Positions 1-9,976 are shown, numbered from the stretch's first letter. The stretch is DNA of 64,000 nt from a virus (IMGVR_UViG_3300025387_000009); one strand, 5' to 3'. Notes: generated by a model from the letters alone, not told the origin. Numbers and translations: made by a program.

Positions 1-986
1 TCAAGTGGTTTGGTTCTGGCAGCTTCTACGTTACAAGATTTAGTAGTTTGAGAATTAACCATAAAAGTTCCTATACCACTAGGATCATTTCCATTACCAG
101 CGACAGCGTAATTGGAATCAGCCATAGCATTTGCAAAATAAATTGTATAAAATCCTTCAGGATAATTGTAATAGGTTTTATTTGGCGGATTTCTTAAAAT
201 AGATTCCACATTATAACACGATCTTATACCATCACTATAATACGAAAAAGTATTACCTTTAGCGGCTGTGCTTATAGTTGAATTAATATTAGTAAACCCA
301 CTTTGATAATTTCCATTTAAAATATTAAATACCGCAGTATTTTTGTTATTAAAACTAACAATTCTTACTGGACGATTTTTCCACCCCAATGTAGCAGAAG
401 ATATAAAATATATACAATTTAATACAGTTTGATCCCATTCAGCAACCGTTGCCCAAGTTCCAACATTTGATCCATTGTTTACGGATATATTATCTTTAAT
501 TTCACCAGTTACGGTTGATGCAACCGCTGCGCCATTAAAATTAACCCATGCCTTTGCGGTTACTATTTGAATGTTGCTATTTAAGCTATCATACTCAAGA
601 GTATTAGTTGTGATATCAGAACCAGTAATAGTATTATCAACGACTTGCAAATCTGATAAAGAGTTTGCAACAAACATATTACCATTTAAAAATGGAGCAT
701 TTGAAAATGATACATTTATTAAATTTGAATTATTAGTAATTGAAATACCATTTGATGCGCTAATGGTATTAAATAATACAGTGTCTTGAAAAACATTACC
801 AATACTTTGAACAATACTAATACCGTTACCAAGACTATTAACTTTGGTTTTTTTTCCTAATCCCGATTGTACAATAGTTTTTCCGCTTACTTTCCACGCT
901 AGACCGTTTTTAATTTTTAAAAAATAATCAGTAGATGATAAAGGTGTGGTATCCGATTGTAAGCTTGTTATCGGTAAATTAGCCAT
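1..986 (-). CDS. Tail-fibre/baseplate-type virion protein, 3' end outside window; paralog of 990..1769
   Basis: Hand-translated from ATG 986 (MANLPITSLQ...AKAWVNFNG...GNGNDPSG), open to the window edge; absent from ORF track because there is no stop. Confidence 0.6.
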   Translation of the reverse strand, partial: MANLPITSLQSDTTPLSSTDYFLKIKNGLAWKVSGKTIVQSGLGKKTKVNSLGNGISIVQSIGNVFQDTVLFNTISASNGISITNNSNLINVSFSNAPFLNGNMFVANSLSDLQVVDNTITGSDITTNTLEYDSLNSNIQIVTAKAWVNFNGAAVASTVTGEIKDNISVNNGSNVGTWATVAEWDQTVLNCIYFISSATLGWKNRPVRIVSFNNKNTAVFNILNGNYQSGFTNINSTISTAAKGNTFSYYSDGIRSCYNVESILRNPPNKTYYNYPEGFYTIYFANAMADSNYAVAGNGNDPSGIGTFMVNSQTTKSCNVEAARTKPL

Positions 987-989
987 AAA

Positions 990-1769
990 TTAATTCCCAA
1001 AAATTATAACCGATACGTTTGATACGTCATAAGTTTCAAGAGGCGAAGTTCTATCAACTTGTATCTGGCAATATGTTGGTTGTTGTGCATTAACTGTTAC
1101 TGTTGCTATACCCGAAGGATCATTAGCATTACCAATAACTGCATAATAAGCATCATTCATTGTGAAATTGAAATTAATTTGATACACGCCTGGTTTGTTT
1201 AATCTTACTACCCCTAAAACACCATGAGATGAGCGGACACCCGATAGAGAATTACTATTAGTAGAATCGTAATTAACAGCTTTGGTTCCATCGAAATTTA
1301 CCCATATCTTTGAAAGTCTTTGCTGTGCACCTTGATAAGATGAACTATTTAATAAATTGGAATACTGAATAGTATTTGTGGCAATACTGTTATTTGTAAT
1401 ACTATTATTCGCTATTTGAGAAGACGTAATAGTATTTGGTTGTATCATTGACGAAGTAACGAAATTGGTTCCCGAAACCTGTAATGTTAAAACGTGTGAA
1501 TTTTTATTAATATCAATACCATTAGACCCCTTAAGAGTATTAAAATTAAGACCACTATTATCAGGAGTTACACCACTATAAAAAGGATATCCACCACCTA
1601 GACTATTAACACCTGTAATACCTTGGAATGAATTTTGAAATACACTACCATCAACTTTAAATGATGTCGGTATGTTTCCTACATTTTTAACTTTTATAAA
1701 AGTATCACCAGTTTGTATTAAACTCGTATCTTCTGGTAAATCTGTTATTCTTATTCCTGAAAGTGCCAT
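990..1769 (-). CDS. Tail-fibre-type virion protein with WVNFDG C-terminal domain
   Basis: 259 aa, Ser/Thr/Asn-rich, SKIWVNFDG motif typical of phage fibre C-termini; TAAGTA late promoter upstream. Confidence 0.6.
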   Translation of the reverse strand: MALSGIRITDLPEDTSLIQTGDTFIKVKNVGNIPTSFKVDGSVFQNSFQGITGVNSLGGGYPFYSGVTPDNSGLNFNTLKGSNGIDINKNSHVLTLQVSGTNFVTSSMIQPNTITSSQIANNSITNNSIATNTIQYSNLLNSSSYQGAQQRLSKIWVNFDGTKAVNYDSTNSNSLSGVRSSHGVLGVVRLNKPGVYQINFNFTMNDAYYAVIGNANDPSGIATVTVNAQQPTYCQIQVDRTSPLETYDVSNVSVIIFGN

Positions 1770-1787
1770 AGTAATATATACTTACTT

Positions 1788-2078
1788 TTATAATAATAAA
1801 TAGGAAGTTATTAATCCTGATACACCGGAAACACTAATATCAACTATGAGTGGTATTTCGGTATATGGGTCAACATCCTGATCGCCAGGTTCCATGATAA
1901 TATGGGGAAGTAAGAATGTTTCATCTAGATCATATGTAACAGTTAATGCGTTGGTTATAATATTTGCAGCAGAAACAGAACATGCTATAGCAGCATAATT
2001 ATTATAAAAAGGAAAACTTCCTACATAAGTTGTTGTTCCTGCTCTGTAAGAATCATATATATCTATAGTTGAACTCAT
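1788..2078 (-). CDS. Hypothetical late protein
   Basis: ATG 2078 lies 7 nt after a perfect TATAAATA. Confidence 0.55.
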   Translation of the reverse strand: MSSTIDIYDSYRAGTTTYVGSFPFYNNYAAIACSVSAANIITNALTVTYDLDETFLLPHIIMEPGDQDVDPYTEIPLIVDISVSGVSGLITSYLLL

Positions 2079-2085
2079 CTTCAAA

Positions 2086-2093
2086 TATTTATA
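2086..2093 (-). promoter_or_regulatory. T4-type late promoter TATAAATA
   Basis: Exact gp55 consensus. Confidence 0.6.
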
Positions 2094-2128
2094 GACATTT
2101 CTTGGTTTTCTGCTACAATAATAAAAGT

Positions 2129-2878
2129 ATGAGAAAAATACCCATTAAATTTATAGCAACGGATAAAAATTTTCTTGACATTGCCCCAAGACCAGTTCCT
2201 TCATCTAAGATTGTTCCAACTTGGTATAAGAATACTCTAACGTATTCAAACGATAAAAAGAGTGTGGATAGATATAATGATCCTAACAGCACAATCAAAA
2301 TGTGCATGCCAGTAACAGATTCAATGAATGCAGGTTACACTATTACATTACCTTGTGATGTATGGGTGTTTAACGAAGGAGAGAATAAGATAAAGTTTCA
2401 ATGGGCATGGGATGAACTCAAATTGGTTGGGCTACAATCAAAAGAATATCATGAGTTGTATCCAGTTCCAGATAATCATTATACTCAAGTTTTCAAATGG
2501 ACAAACTATTGGACTGTAAAGACTCCCAAGAATTGGTCTTGTCTTTTCACTCATCCTTTGCACCACGATGACTTTCCATTTAAAACCATGACAGCATTGG
2601 TTGATACGGATAAGTTTCCAATTCCAATTAATCTGCCATTCTTTCTCAAAAAGGATTTTAGTGGTCTTATCCCAAAAGGAACTCCTCTTGTTCAAATCAT
2701 TCCATTTAAGAGAGAAAAGTTTGTATCAGAGTTTTCATGGGACGAGGGAAATGTATTGAGTAAAATTTGGACGAAAGCTCATACCGAATTCTTTGGTAGA
2801 TATCTTAAGAATTTCAGGTCTCAAAAAACCTTTGAGGAGGGTGAGGTTAAGAAATCAAAATGCCCGTTTCATTGGTAA
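2129..2878 (+). CDS. Conserved myophage hypothetical protein
   Basis: MRKIPIKF start; KTPKNWSCLFTHPLH...ALVDTD...LIPKGTPLVQIIPFKRE motif recurrent in aquatic T4-like phages. Confidence 0.65.
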   Translation: MRKIPIKFIATDKNFLDIAPRPVPSSKIVPTWYKNTLTYSNDKKSVDRYNDPNSTIKMCMPVTDSMNAGYTITLPCDVWVFNEGENKIKFQWAWDELKLVGLQSKEYHELYPVPDNHYTQVFKWTNYWTVKTPKNWSCLFTHPLHHDDFPFKTMTALVDTDKFPIPINLPFFLKKDFSGLIPKGTPLVQIIPFKREKFVSEFSWDEGNVLSKIWTKAHTEFFGRYLKNFRSQKTFEEGEVKKSKCPFHW

Positions 2879-2890
2879 GTATAATGAAAG

Positions 2891-4225
2891 ATGGATAAAG
2901 ATTCTAAAAGTTTAGAAGCTCTGTATGAAAGTATTAAGCTAATTAAAGAAGACGAAGCAGGTAGACCATTTCCTTATTATGGTTCTAATGCTGCCGCTAC
3001 ATCAACTGCTATAATGGGAACAGAACCATTAACCCAAGCAGAGATAGAAGTACCAGAAAAGGCAGGACAAGAATCTGCTCCTGATGCAGAAGACGAAGAA
3101 GATAATAGTAGTCTTAGAAAATTATTAGATACAATTAAAATTACTATTAGTGATTACGAAAATAGTAAACAGATGAGATTTAACAGAGAATTAGAGGAAT
3201 CTGTTATTAATGAAATTAATTTGCAAGATGTTAGAAATGCGTATCAAGGCGCAAAAAATGTTGCAAATGTTGTTAAAACCGGAGTAAATGCTTTTAAATC
3301 AACCGCAACATCAAAAAATCCTCTTGGCAACTTAGCAGGTGCTACCGGAGATGTTGTCGATGCCTTTCTTAAAAAAGAAATAAAACAGCCTAAAATAATT
3401 GGAGACGAAGATAAGAAGACAAAGGAAATAATCATTCCGATAAATGGTAAACCAGTTGTTGCTGTTATAAACAAAACAGTCAATCCAAATATTAAGGGAA
3501 CCATAATAAATGTATTAGATAAAAACGAGAAATACGTTGTTAGATTAAATAATACAGGTACATTTGGTTTTGCGCAACTTAAAACCGAAGAAGAGAAGCC
3601 TAATAAAGTAAGCGCATTGGTAACATCGACAACGGGAGATGTTCATATTTTAAATAAAACGCTTTTAAATGGAGAAAATGACAAAAATTACACCGACACG
3701 CGTGATACGGCGTTGTTTGACATTAACAATCCAACAAGCATTAAATGGGCTTATCCTATAGAGAAATCCCCAAAATTACAAACTGGTAAACCACAAAAGG
3801 GAGATAAGATTAAAACTCAAAAGGGTTCAGTTTATACTTTCAATGGTGCAAAATGGGTTGATCAAAATAAAAAACCAGCCATTAATCAAGGAACTTTTCT
3901 TAATACGTGGAGAAAAATGCACGGATTATCAACCTTACAACAAGTTAAGAAAAAAACGGAACCCATTGATAATGATAAAGTTACATTAAAAAATGGTAGA
4001 GTCTATACTTTCAAAAATAAACAATGGGTTGATGAAAATAATAAACCAGCAGTAAATCCAATCGCAATTAATAATGCATGGAAACAAGAAAATAATATTC
4101 CCATTGACACTACACCAACGCCAACGGCAACACCGAAATTAAAAACTGGCGCAAGTAAAAGAATGGCAACGGCTAAGCCGACAACAGGTAAACCAAAAAT
4201 ACAGAGAAAAAAAATAAAAGCTTGA
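2891..4225 (+). CDS. Putative internal head protein (leader family) with two ~40-aa repeats
   Basis: MDKDSKSLEALYESI leader; repeats VYTFNGAKWVDQNKKPAIN / VYTFKNKQWVDENNKPAVN; TAAGTA upstream. Confidence 0.55.
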   Translation: MDKDSKSLEALYESIKLIKEDEAGRPFPYYGSNAAATSTAIMGTEPLTQAEIEVPEKAGQESAPDAEDEEDNSSLRKLLDTIKITISDYENSKQMRFNRELEESVINEINLQDVRNAYQGAKNVANVVKTGVNAFKSTATSKNPLGNLAGATGDVVDAFLKKEIKQPKIIGDEDKKTKEIIIPINGKPVVAVINKTVNPNIKGTIINVLDKNEKYVVRLNNTGTFGFAQLKTEEEKPNKVSALVTSTTGDVHILNKTLLNGENDKNYTDTRDTALFDINNPTSIKWAYPIEKSPKLQTGKPQKGDKIKTQKGSVYTFNGAKWVDQNKKPAINQGTFLNTWRKMHGLSTLQQVKKKTEPIDNDKVTLKNGRVYTFKNKQWVDENNKPAVNPIAINNAWKQENNIPIDTTPTPTATPKLKTGASKRMATAKPTTGKPKIQRKKIKA

Positions 4226-4249
4226 CATAATCAAGCAATCTGATAATAT
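4222..4249 (+). promoter_or_regulatory. Sigma70-type promoter, leaderless
   Basis: TTGACA-16-TAATAT, ATG 6 nt downstream. Confidence 0.55.
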
Positions 4250-4255
4250 ATTAAC

Positions 4256-4468
4256 ATGGCAAGAATAATAAACGAAATCGTAAAGATCCCATTCACTAAA
4301 CCAAATCTTTCTTTTGGTCAAAGAAAGAAAATTCTTCATGAAGGGATTCAGAAGCAAATCGACCTCTATAATCAAAGAGGTTGGATTACGATTGCTCACA
4401 AGGTAAACGTCGAAACGGCTGCTCATGCATCTGTTCAGTTTACCGTGCAGCAAATGATTAAAGTATAA
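4256..4468 (+). CDS. Hypothetical protein
   Basis: 70-aa ORF behind a promoter. Confidence 0.65.
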   Translation: MARIINEIVKIPFTKPNLSFGQRKKILHEGIQKQIDLYNQRGWITIAHKVNVETAAHASVQFTVQQMIKV

Positions 4469-4508
4469 TTCTAATAAAATACTCTTTTTAAGAGTAAATA
4501 TAGAATAT

Positions 4509-5684
4509 ATGATAAGCATGAATTTTGATAAAATTGTTTCTTCTCTTTTTACAGAGGCAGATACTAGAGTAAGAGAACTCACTCCCGAAGAGAAACTTAA
4601 ACTTGGTATTAAATATAAAAACGAAACAGTAGACAAAGAAAGATTTGATCATCCGCTTCCTGTATCTGATTTACTTCCATCTGGTGCTAAGAAGTATCAG
4701 GTTGGTGGATTAGGATCAACGGAAAATAGATCTGCCGCTGTCAGCAAAAAGCATGCAACCCAATCAGGCGAGTACGAAAACAAAAGATTAGATCAATTTA
4801 GAAGTCAAATTATTGTTTTAAACAATCAACTTGATAAGACAAACGATGAACAGGAAGTCTTTAATATCTCAAGATCATTAGTTACCATTCTCTCAAAATT
4901 AGCAAATCTTAAAAACGAGAAGACTGATATTCCATTAAACTATGATGACTACAAGCCAGTTAGTGATGTAATCAATCAAGTCCGTGATAAGATTAAAGCC
5001 AAGGTTCCTCTTTTTGCCAAAGATGCTGAAAAGAAAAAGATTGCTTTCGATCCAAGAAGATGGAATCAAATCGAAGCGAATCTTGATACCTTGGTTAGAC
5101 AGGATTTTGAAAACTTTGAAGAGCTTATTAAACAAGGATCTTACACGAGAATGCAATCCGCACCAGGTCAGCATTACTTTGCATTAGATCTTGCATCATC
5201 ATTCAATCCAAAAACTGGTGCAACCAACTGGATCATCTACACCAAGAAAGGCAAGGACAAAGAAGGAAATTATATTAAAGGTAATCTTCCTTTTATCAAG
5301 CAAACCGAAGTTGCAAATGTATGGCCCGACCCACTCCCAGACGTAAGAAAGGGATTAAGACAGCCTCCTACGCTTTGGGAAGGTGGTGTACCTCAGTATG
5401 GTAAGCCAGTTTCCAAAGAACAATTAGCCAGAAAGAGATTCAAACTTCAGGATGGGCAAATTGTAAGTGGTATTAGAATAGACGAATTCTCAAAAAATAT
5501 CGGAGATCAAATCATTTTTGATGTCATCAAGGCAAAATACTATGATGAGAAAACCGGAGAACAAACATTCGGTAACTTTACTATCGATTTAGATAAACTT
5601 ACTGTTGCTCCATATGGCTTGAAAAAGGAAACTTCTAAAGAGGGCGAAGTTCCAGAAGCACTCCATCAAAAAAGATCCGCCTAA
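4509..5684 (+). CDS. Hypothetical late protein, MNFDKIVSSLFTE leader
   Basis: 391 aa; TAAATA 8 nt upstream. Confidence 0.7.
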   Translation: MISMNFDKIVSSLFTEADTRVRELTPEEKLKLGIKYKNETVDKERFDHPLPVSDLLPSGAKKYQVGGLGSTENRSAAVSKKHATQSGEYENKRLDQFRSQIIVLNNQLDKTNDEQEVFNISRSLVTILSKLANLKNEKTDIPLNYDDYKPVSDVINQVRDKIKAKVPLFAKDAEKKKIAFDPRRWNQIEANLDTLVRQDFENFEELIKQGSYTRMQSAPGQHYFALDLASSFNPKTGATNWIIYTKKGKDKEGNYIKGNLPFIKQTEVANVWPDPLPDVRKGLRQPPTLWEGGVPQYGKPVSKEQLARKRFKLQDGQIVSGIRIDEFSKNIGDQIIFDVIKAKYYDEKTGEQTFGNFTIDLDKLTVAPYGLKKETSKEGEVPEALHQKRSA

Positions 5685-5733
5685 AAAATAAGCTTGCATT
5701 ATTTTTGATTTTGGTATATATTAAAAAAATACC

Positions 5734-5871
5734 ATGAGCCAAGAAAAAGATATTGACACAATGAGTGTCGATGAGTTAAAAGAATATATTGCAATCCTTT
5801 TGGATCGTATTGCCGATCTGGAAAAATCCAGAAATCATTACGAGAGGATCGCAAAAGCCCTATCAAAATAA
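5734..5871 (+). CDS. Small coiled-coil protein (45 aa)
   Basis: Hand-translated MSQEKDIDTM...; TAATG overlap with next gene. Confidence 0.55.
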   Translation: MSQEKDIDTMSVDELKEYIAILLDRIADLEKSRNHYERIAKALSK

Positions 5872-6515
5872 TGCCAAGGAAAAAGAAAGTCAAAAAGGTC
5901 AAAGCTCAGAAGCCTCGTAAGCCGAAGAAGGAGACCAAGCTTCAGAAAGCCAAGAAAGAAAAGCTTGTGAAGTTTCCAGCAAACCAACTTAATAATCTTT
6001 CCAAGTGGATGGATTATTATAAAGAGCACAAGAAGTTTCCTCATACGAGAATCTATTGCTCTCACTGCACCAATGCATTCGTAAGCCTCAAGGGTATCGC
6101 CATGAAGCATGCGATGAAGGCATTCGATAACGATGCTAAAAGAATTCTAACCGAATCCTTGTGCAAGGATTGTAAAGAAGTCTTGGTTCCCAAGGTTGAA
6201 AAGGAGAAAGCACCTAGGGTGATTCATATCGAAACACCGGAAGAGAAAGAGGAGAGGTACAATGAGATTCGTAAGACTATTCCCAAGATTGATTTCAATC
6301 GTGTGAGAGAGCCAGTTATGCTTTCTAAGGATAAAGAAGGATGCAAGTTGCATACCTCATTCGCTTGCCATCGACCAGATATCTATTTGGATTACGGATG
6401 CAAAGAGTGCGTTCTGCAAAAGCACTGTGCGTGTCCCATCAAGGATGTCAATAGAAATCCTGATGATCGTCGCCCCAAGTTTAAAAAGTTTGTCACCAAG
6501 CCAATTCTTGATTGA
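5871..6515 (+). CDS. Lys-rich, Cys-rich putative Zn-binding protein
   Basis: CSHC, CKDC, CKEC...HCAC motifs. Confidence 0.65.
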   Translation: MPRKKKVKKVKAQKPRKPKKETKLQKAKKEKLVKFPANQLNNLSKWMDYYKEHKKFPHTRIYCSHCTNAFVSLKGIAMKHAMKAFDNDAKRILTESLCKDCKEVLVPKVEKEKAPRVIHIETPEEKEERYNEIRKTIPKIDFNRVREPVMLSKDKEGCKLHTSFACHRPDIYLDYGCKECVLQKHCACPIKDVNRNPDDRRPKFKKFVTKPILD

Positions 6516-6546
6516 CACTTCAACAATAATCTGAGAACATATTCTC

Positions 6547-6756
6547 ATGTACACAGTTAAAAGATGGACAGGAGCAGCATGGTATGATTCAATGTGCTCA
6601 CCATATAAAACCTATAAAGAAGCTATGGATCATGTTAAGGAATATTCTTGGCACTATACTACCGACAATCCGTATAAGATTGTCGAGACTAAAGTGAAAC
6701 AGAAGACCGTCAAGAGATTTGTCAATACTGATTGGGAAGGGGTTGTGATTGTATGA
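6547..6756 (+). CDS. Hypothetical protein
   Basis: ORF track, operon packing. Confidence 0.6.
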   Translation: MYTVKRWTGAAWYDSMCSPYKTYKEAMDHVKEYSWHYTTDNPYKIVETKVKQKTVKRFVNTDWEGVVIV

Positions 6757-7151
6757 AACTACAACAAAGATCAATAGCATATAAGTTTCCCTCTGTTAAA
6801 GATATTACTGCTCTCATTTTGTATTGGGAGTTCTATATTGACGAGGATGATTTCCCAAACAATCCAGATATTAGAAATAGATGGTTGACTATTCACGTTA
6901 AGCAACATCAGTTCTTGAGGGAAAAGAACGAAGGCAAATACAATACAATATTTTTTGGGCATAAAGGTAAACCTTGGGATCATACCACTAATGATAAAAT
7001 CAAGAAGATGATAATTGAAAAGATCGAAGACTTTATGCAATCTTACGAAGATCCAATTACGGGAAAGATAAGTGAATCATTGATTGCAAAATACAAGATG
7101 GGTAATAACGATCCATCTCTTACCATGTGGGATAATACAAAATATGTTTAG
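6753..7151 (+). CDS. Hypothetical protein
   Basis: ATGA overlap with previous gene. Confidence 0.6.
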   Translation: MKLQQRSIAYKFPSVKDITALILYWEFYIDEDDFPNNPDIRNRWLTIHVKQHQFLREKNEGKYNTIFFGHKGKPWDHTTNDKIKKMIIEKIEDFMQSYEDPITGKISESLIAKYKMGNNDPSLTMWDNTKYV

Positions 7152-7153
7152 AA

Positions 7154-7351
7154 ATGAAAGTCAACAGACTTCTGTTTAAGACAATTAGAATCTGGAGAGA
7201 TATCCAGTTTTATTTTTGGCTTACTTTTTACTATGCTATTCATCTTCCTGAGATAGTGTATCTATATCTTTATATCGAGTTTCTTTATATGAAGCTAATG
7301 TTCATATCCTTCTGCCAATTTATTAAGGATGTATTATTTCCTGATGAATAG
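7154..7351 (+). CDS. Small hydrophobic hypothetical protein
   Basis: ORF track, aromatic/hydrophobic. Confidence 0.5.
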   Translation: MKVNRLLFKTIRIWRDIQFYFWLTFYYAIHLPEIVYLYLYIEFLYMKLMFISFCQFIKDVLFPDE

Positions 7352-7456
7352 TGAACAAGTATTAATTGAAACTATAAGATGGATGGTTCCATTATCGGTA
7401 ATAATTTATTTAATTTTTGCCTATAAAAGCGATAACAAAGATCCATAAATATTAGT

Positions 7457-7684
7457 ATGACTATGATGCTTCCACCAGACCACAACCATGCACCGAAGCC
7501 AGACCACAACCATGAAACATGGGCTGCGTTTTATAAAAATGATGAAGAGGCGCAAGCTGCTTTAAAAAAAGCAACCGATAAAATATCAGAAACTCATCTA
7601 ATAGTAAGTGCAAAGGTTACATTCACTACAAAATATCATGATGGAAATATCTATAAAATAGATATAGTTAAGGCTAAAAAGTAA
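7457..7684 (+). CDS. Hypothetical protein
   Basis: PDHNH duplicated; TAAATA upstream. Confidence 0.55.
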   Translation: MTMMLPPDHNHAPKPDHNHETWAAFYKNDEEAQAALKKATDKISETHLIVSAKVTFTTKYHDGNIYKIDIVKAKK

Positions 7685-7718
7685 TTGCTTTATAATAAAG
7701 CCATACTAAAGTATTAGT

Positions 7719-8021
7719 ATGGACGAGTACATCGATGATGACTTTGAGGAAAAGAAGTGGAAGAAGAAACAAGGAAGGAAAAAGAAGCTCGTAACCAATC
7801 CGAAAGGTCCTTTCCATTTCGACATGACTTTCAAAGGTATTGAATACGATATAGTTATAGAAAATATAACCTACGATAAGTTTAAAGTCTGTGCAATTTG
7901 TAAAGAAGAAGAGGAAAAAAATATAGAAGAAATAGAATCGGAGATGTTAATTCTTCAAAGATATTTGGAAGACGAAGGGTTTTTTCTTGCCGCTCGTAAA
8001 CATAACTTGTATTATAATTGA
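7719..8021 (+). CDS. Hypothetical protein
   Basis: ORF track. Confidence 0.6.
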   Translation: MDEYIDDDFEEKKWKKKQGRKKKLVTNPKGPFHFDMTFKGIEYDIVIENITYDKFKVCAICKEEEEKNIEEIESEMLILQRYLEDEGFFLAARKHNLYYN

Positions 8022-8022
8022 T

Positions 8023-8250
8023 ATGACCGTAGAAGAAGAAAGAGATTATTGGAAAGATCTTGTTAAAGAATTAACCGATAGTATGGATAAAACTGCATTA
8101 AAATACTTTCGATTACTTAATCGTGCTGAAGAACTTTATAAAAATCTCGACTTGTATCAAACAGAGAATCCATTTGCGAATGATTCAATTGCTTATAAGG
8201 AAGCACAAATCGCACTACTGAAATTCGAAATTTATAAAAAAGAAAACTAA
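8023..8250 (+). CDS. Hypothetical protein
   Basis: ATG 8023 right after previous stop. Confidence 0.6.
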   Translation: MTVEEERDYWKDLVKELTDSMDKTALKYFRLLNRAEELYKNLDLYQTENPFANDSIAYKEAQIALLKFEIYKKEN

Positions 8251-8258
8251 ATATCTAT

Positions 8259-8534
8259 GTGCCACTTAATAGATTAATAATAGAAACATGTGGATTCCTA
8301 ATGACAAGCATTTGGTTTCTATGTTATCTACCGCAAATTTATAAAACTTATAAAACAAAAAGAGCACAAGATGTTTCTCTGATAATGGTTTACATGACCT
8401 TACTTGGTTATGTATTTGGAATGGTATATTTATTGGGAACTTATTTTAGCATGTGGGTTTTCATAAACTATTGTAGTGGAATCATTAACATGATGGTTAT
8501 GCTTTATTTCTGTTACAAATATAAAAAGGATTGA
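8259..8534 (+). CDS. PQ-loop / SemiSWEET-like 3-TM membrane protein
   Basis: YLPQIYKTYKTKRAQDVS motif and three hydrophobic helices in 91 aa. Confidence 0.75.
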   Translation: MPLNRLIIETCGFLMTSIWFLCYLPQIYKTYKTKRAQDVSLIMVYMTLLGYVFGMVYLLGTYFSMWVFINYCSGIINMMVMLYFCYKYKKD

Positions 8535-8558
8535 CAAGACTTATAATATCTGTATAAT
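8531..8558 (+). promoter_or_regulatory. Sigma70-type promoter, leaderless
   Basis: TTGACA-16-TATAAT, ATG 6 nt downstream. Confidence 0.7.
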
Positions 8559-8564
8559 GTATTA

Positions 8565-9629
8565 ATGGAGAAAGTCTTATCAGTTTGTGTTGACATAGAC
8601 GATGCATTGCTTGAAGCATGCAAACCATTTGATTATACTTTTAATGGCACGAGTGAATTTACTCTACCGAAGTTCGATGCACCAAAGAGAGATGACTCTT
8701 GGAATATAGGATTAATTGTAGGAGCTTCTGGTAGTGGTAAGACTCAGCTTTTAAAGCAGCATTTTGGAATTACCGAAGAGTTGGAATGGAATCCTAATAA
8801 GGCAATCGTATCCCAAATGGGAGAACAAGCAATAGAAAGACTATCAAGCACAGGATTAAATTCTGTACCTTCTTGGTGCAAACCTTACCATGTATTGAGT
8901 AATGGGGAGCAATTTAGGGCAAGGATAGCTCGTATGCTTAATAGCAATACAAGCTTTGATGAGTTTACCAGCGTTGTGGATCGAACTGTTGCCAAGAGTG
9001 CATCAGTTGCCATTCAAAGATATATTCGCCAACAAGACATGAAGGGGGTGGTATTCGCTACTTGTCACAGAGACATTATCGAATGGTTGCAACCTGATTG
9101 GGTTTACGATACTCTTGACGAGTCCTGTAAGCCAAGGGGGTTACTTTGTCCAAGACCAAATATTACAATCGACATCCAGCCTTGCTCTAAAGAATACTGG
9201 CAAATTTTCAAAAAGCATCACTATCTAAGTGGCGACCTAAACAATGCTTCAAGATGTTTTCTTGGTACATGGAATAATGAACCTATAGTTTTCGGAGCGG
9301 CTATCACAATGCCAAGCGGATCAATAAAGAATGCATGGAGAGGACATAGAACCGTTGTCATGCCTGACTATCAAGGTTTAGGTATCGGTGTGCGTTTTAG
9401 CGATGCCATTGCCCAGATGTTTATCGACAATGGTTATCGTTATTTCTCTCGTACTGCTCATCCAAGAATGGGTTCATATAGGATGCTTTCCTCTAAATGG
9501 AAACCAACCAGTAAGAATAGAGTCAGAAGAAAAGATTACGAAAAGAGAAGGGCAAAGGGAATTCCCACCTACAACAATTATGTGATCGATCCAAGGAGAG
9601 AATGTTTCTCTCATGAATACATTGGTTAA
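8565..9629 (+). CDS. ABC-type ATPase fused to GNAT acetyltransferase
   Basis: Walker A GASGSGKT, LSNGEQFR signature, DEFTSVVDR; C-terminal RTVVMPDYQGLGIG acetyl-CoA motif. Confidence 0.85.
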   Translation: MEKVLSVCVDIDDALLEACKPFDYTFNGTSEFTLPKFDAPKRDDSWNIGLIVGASGSGKTQLLKQHFGITEELEWNPNKAIVSQMGEQAIERLSSTGLNSVPSWCKPYHVLSNGEQFRARIARMLNSNTSFDEFTSVVDRTVAKSASVAIQRYIRQQDMKGVVFATCHRDIIEWLQPDWVYDTLDESCKPRGLLCPRPNITIDIQPCSKEYWQIFKKHHYLSGDLNNASRCFLGTWNNEPIVFGAAITMPSGSIKNAWRGHRTVVMPDYQGLGIGVRFSDAIAQMFIDNGYRYFSRTAHPRMGSYRMLSSKWKPTSKNRVRRKDYEKRRAKGIPTYNNYVIDPRRECFSHEYIG

Positions 9630-9790
9630 TAATCCAAGGGGCGCAATTCCAATAAAATTAATTCACCATCAGGGTAAGTTTCCCTTAATTTTTCTTTGGC
9701 GATAGAGCTATGGTGAGCCACAATTCGTAACATTTTAACGTGATTGTGATGTTTGTATTCAAAGAAATATTCAAATAATCTATCGGTCAC
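9626..9790 (-). CDS. Small hypothetical protein (54 aa)
   Basis: Hand-translated from GTG: MTDRLFEYFFEY...ELRPLDY. Confidence 0.45.
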   Translation of the reverse strand: MTDRLFEYFFEYKHHNHVKMLRIVAHHSSIAKEKLRETYPDGELILLELRPLDY

Positions 9791-9976
9791 GCTTATATTT
9801 ATCTAAAAAATACCCGAATAAATACCAGAAAATACCCAAAAAAAGTGGGAAAAAGTGGGAAAAAATGGGGGGGTTTCCCAAAAAAACGCTAAAAATTTAT
9901 TATTTTTTAAATTTCTACAGAGAAAAATAAAAAAATATCTTTAATATGGCACTTTAGTTGAGTAAATATAAATACT

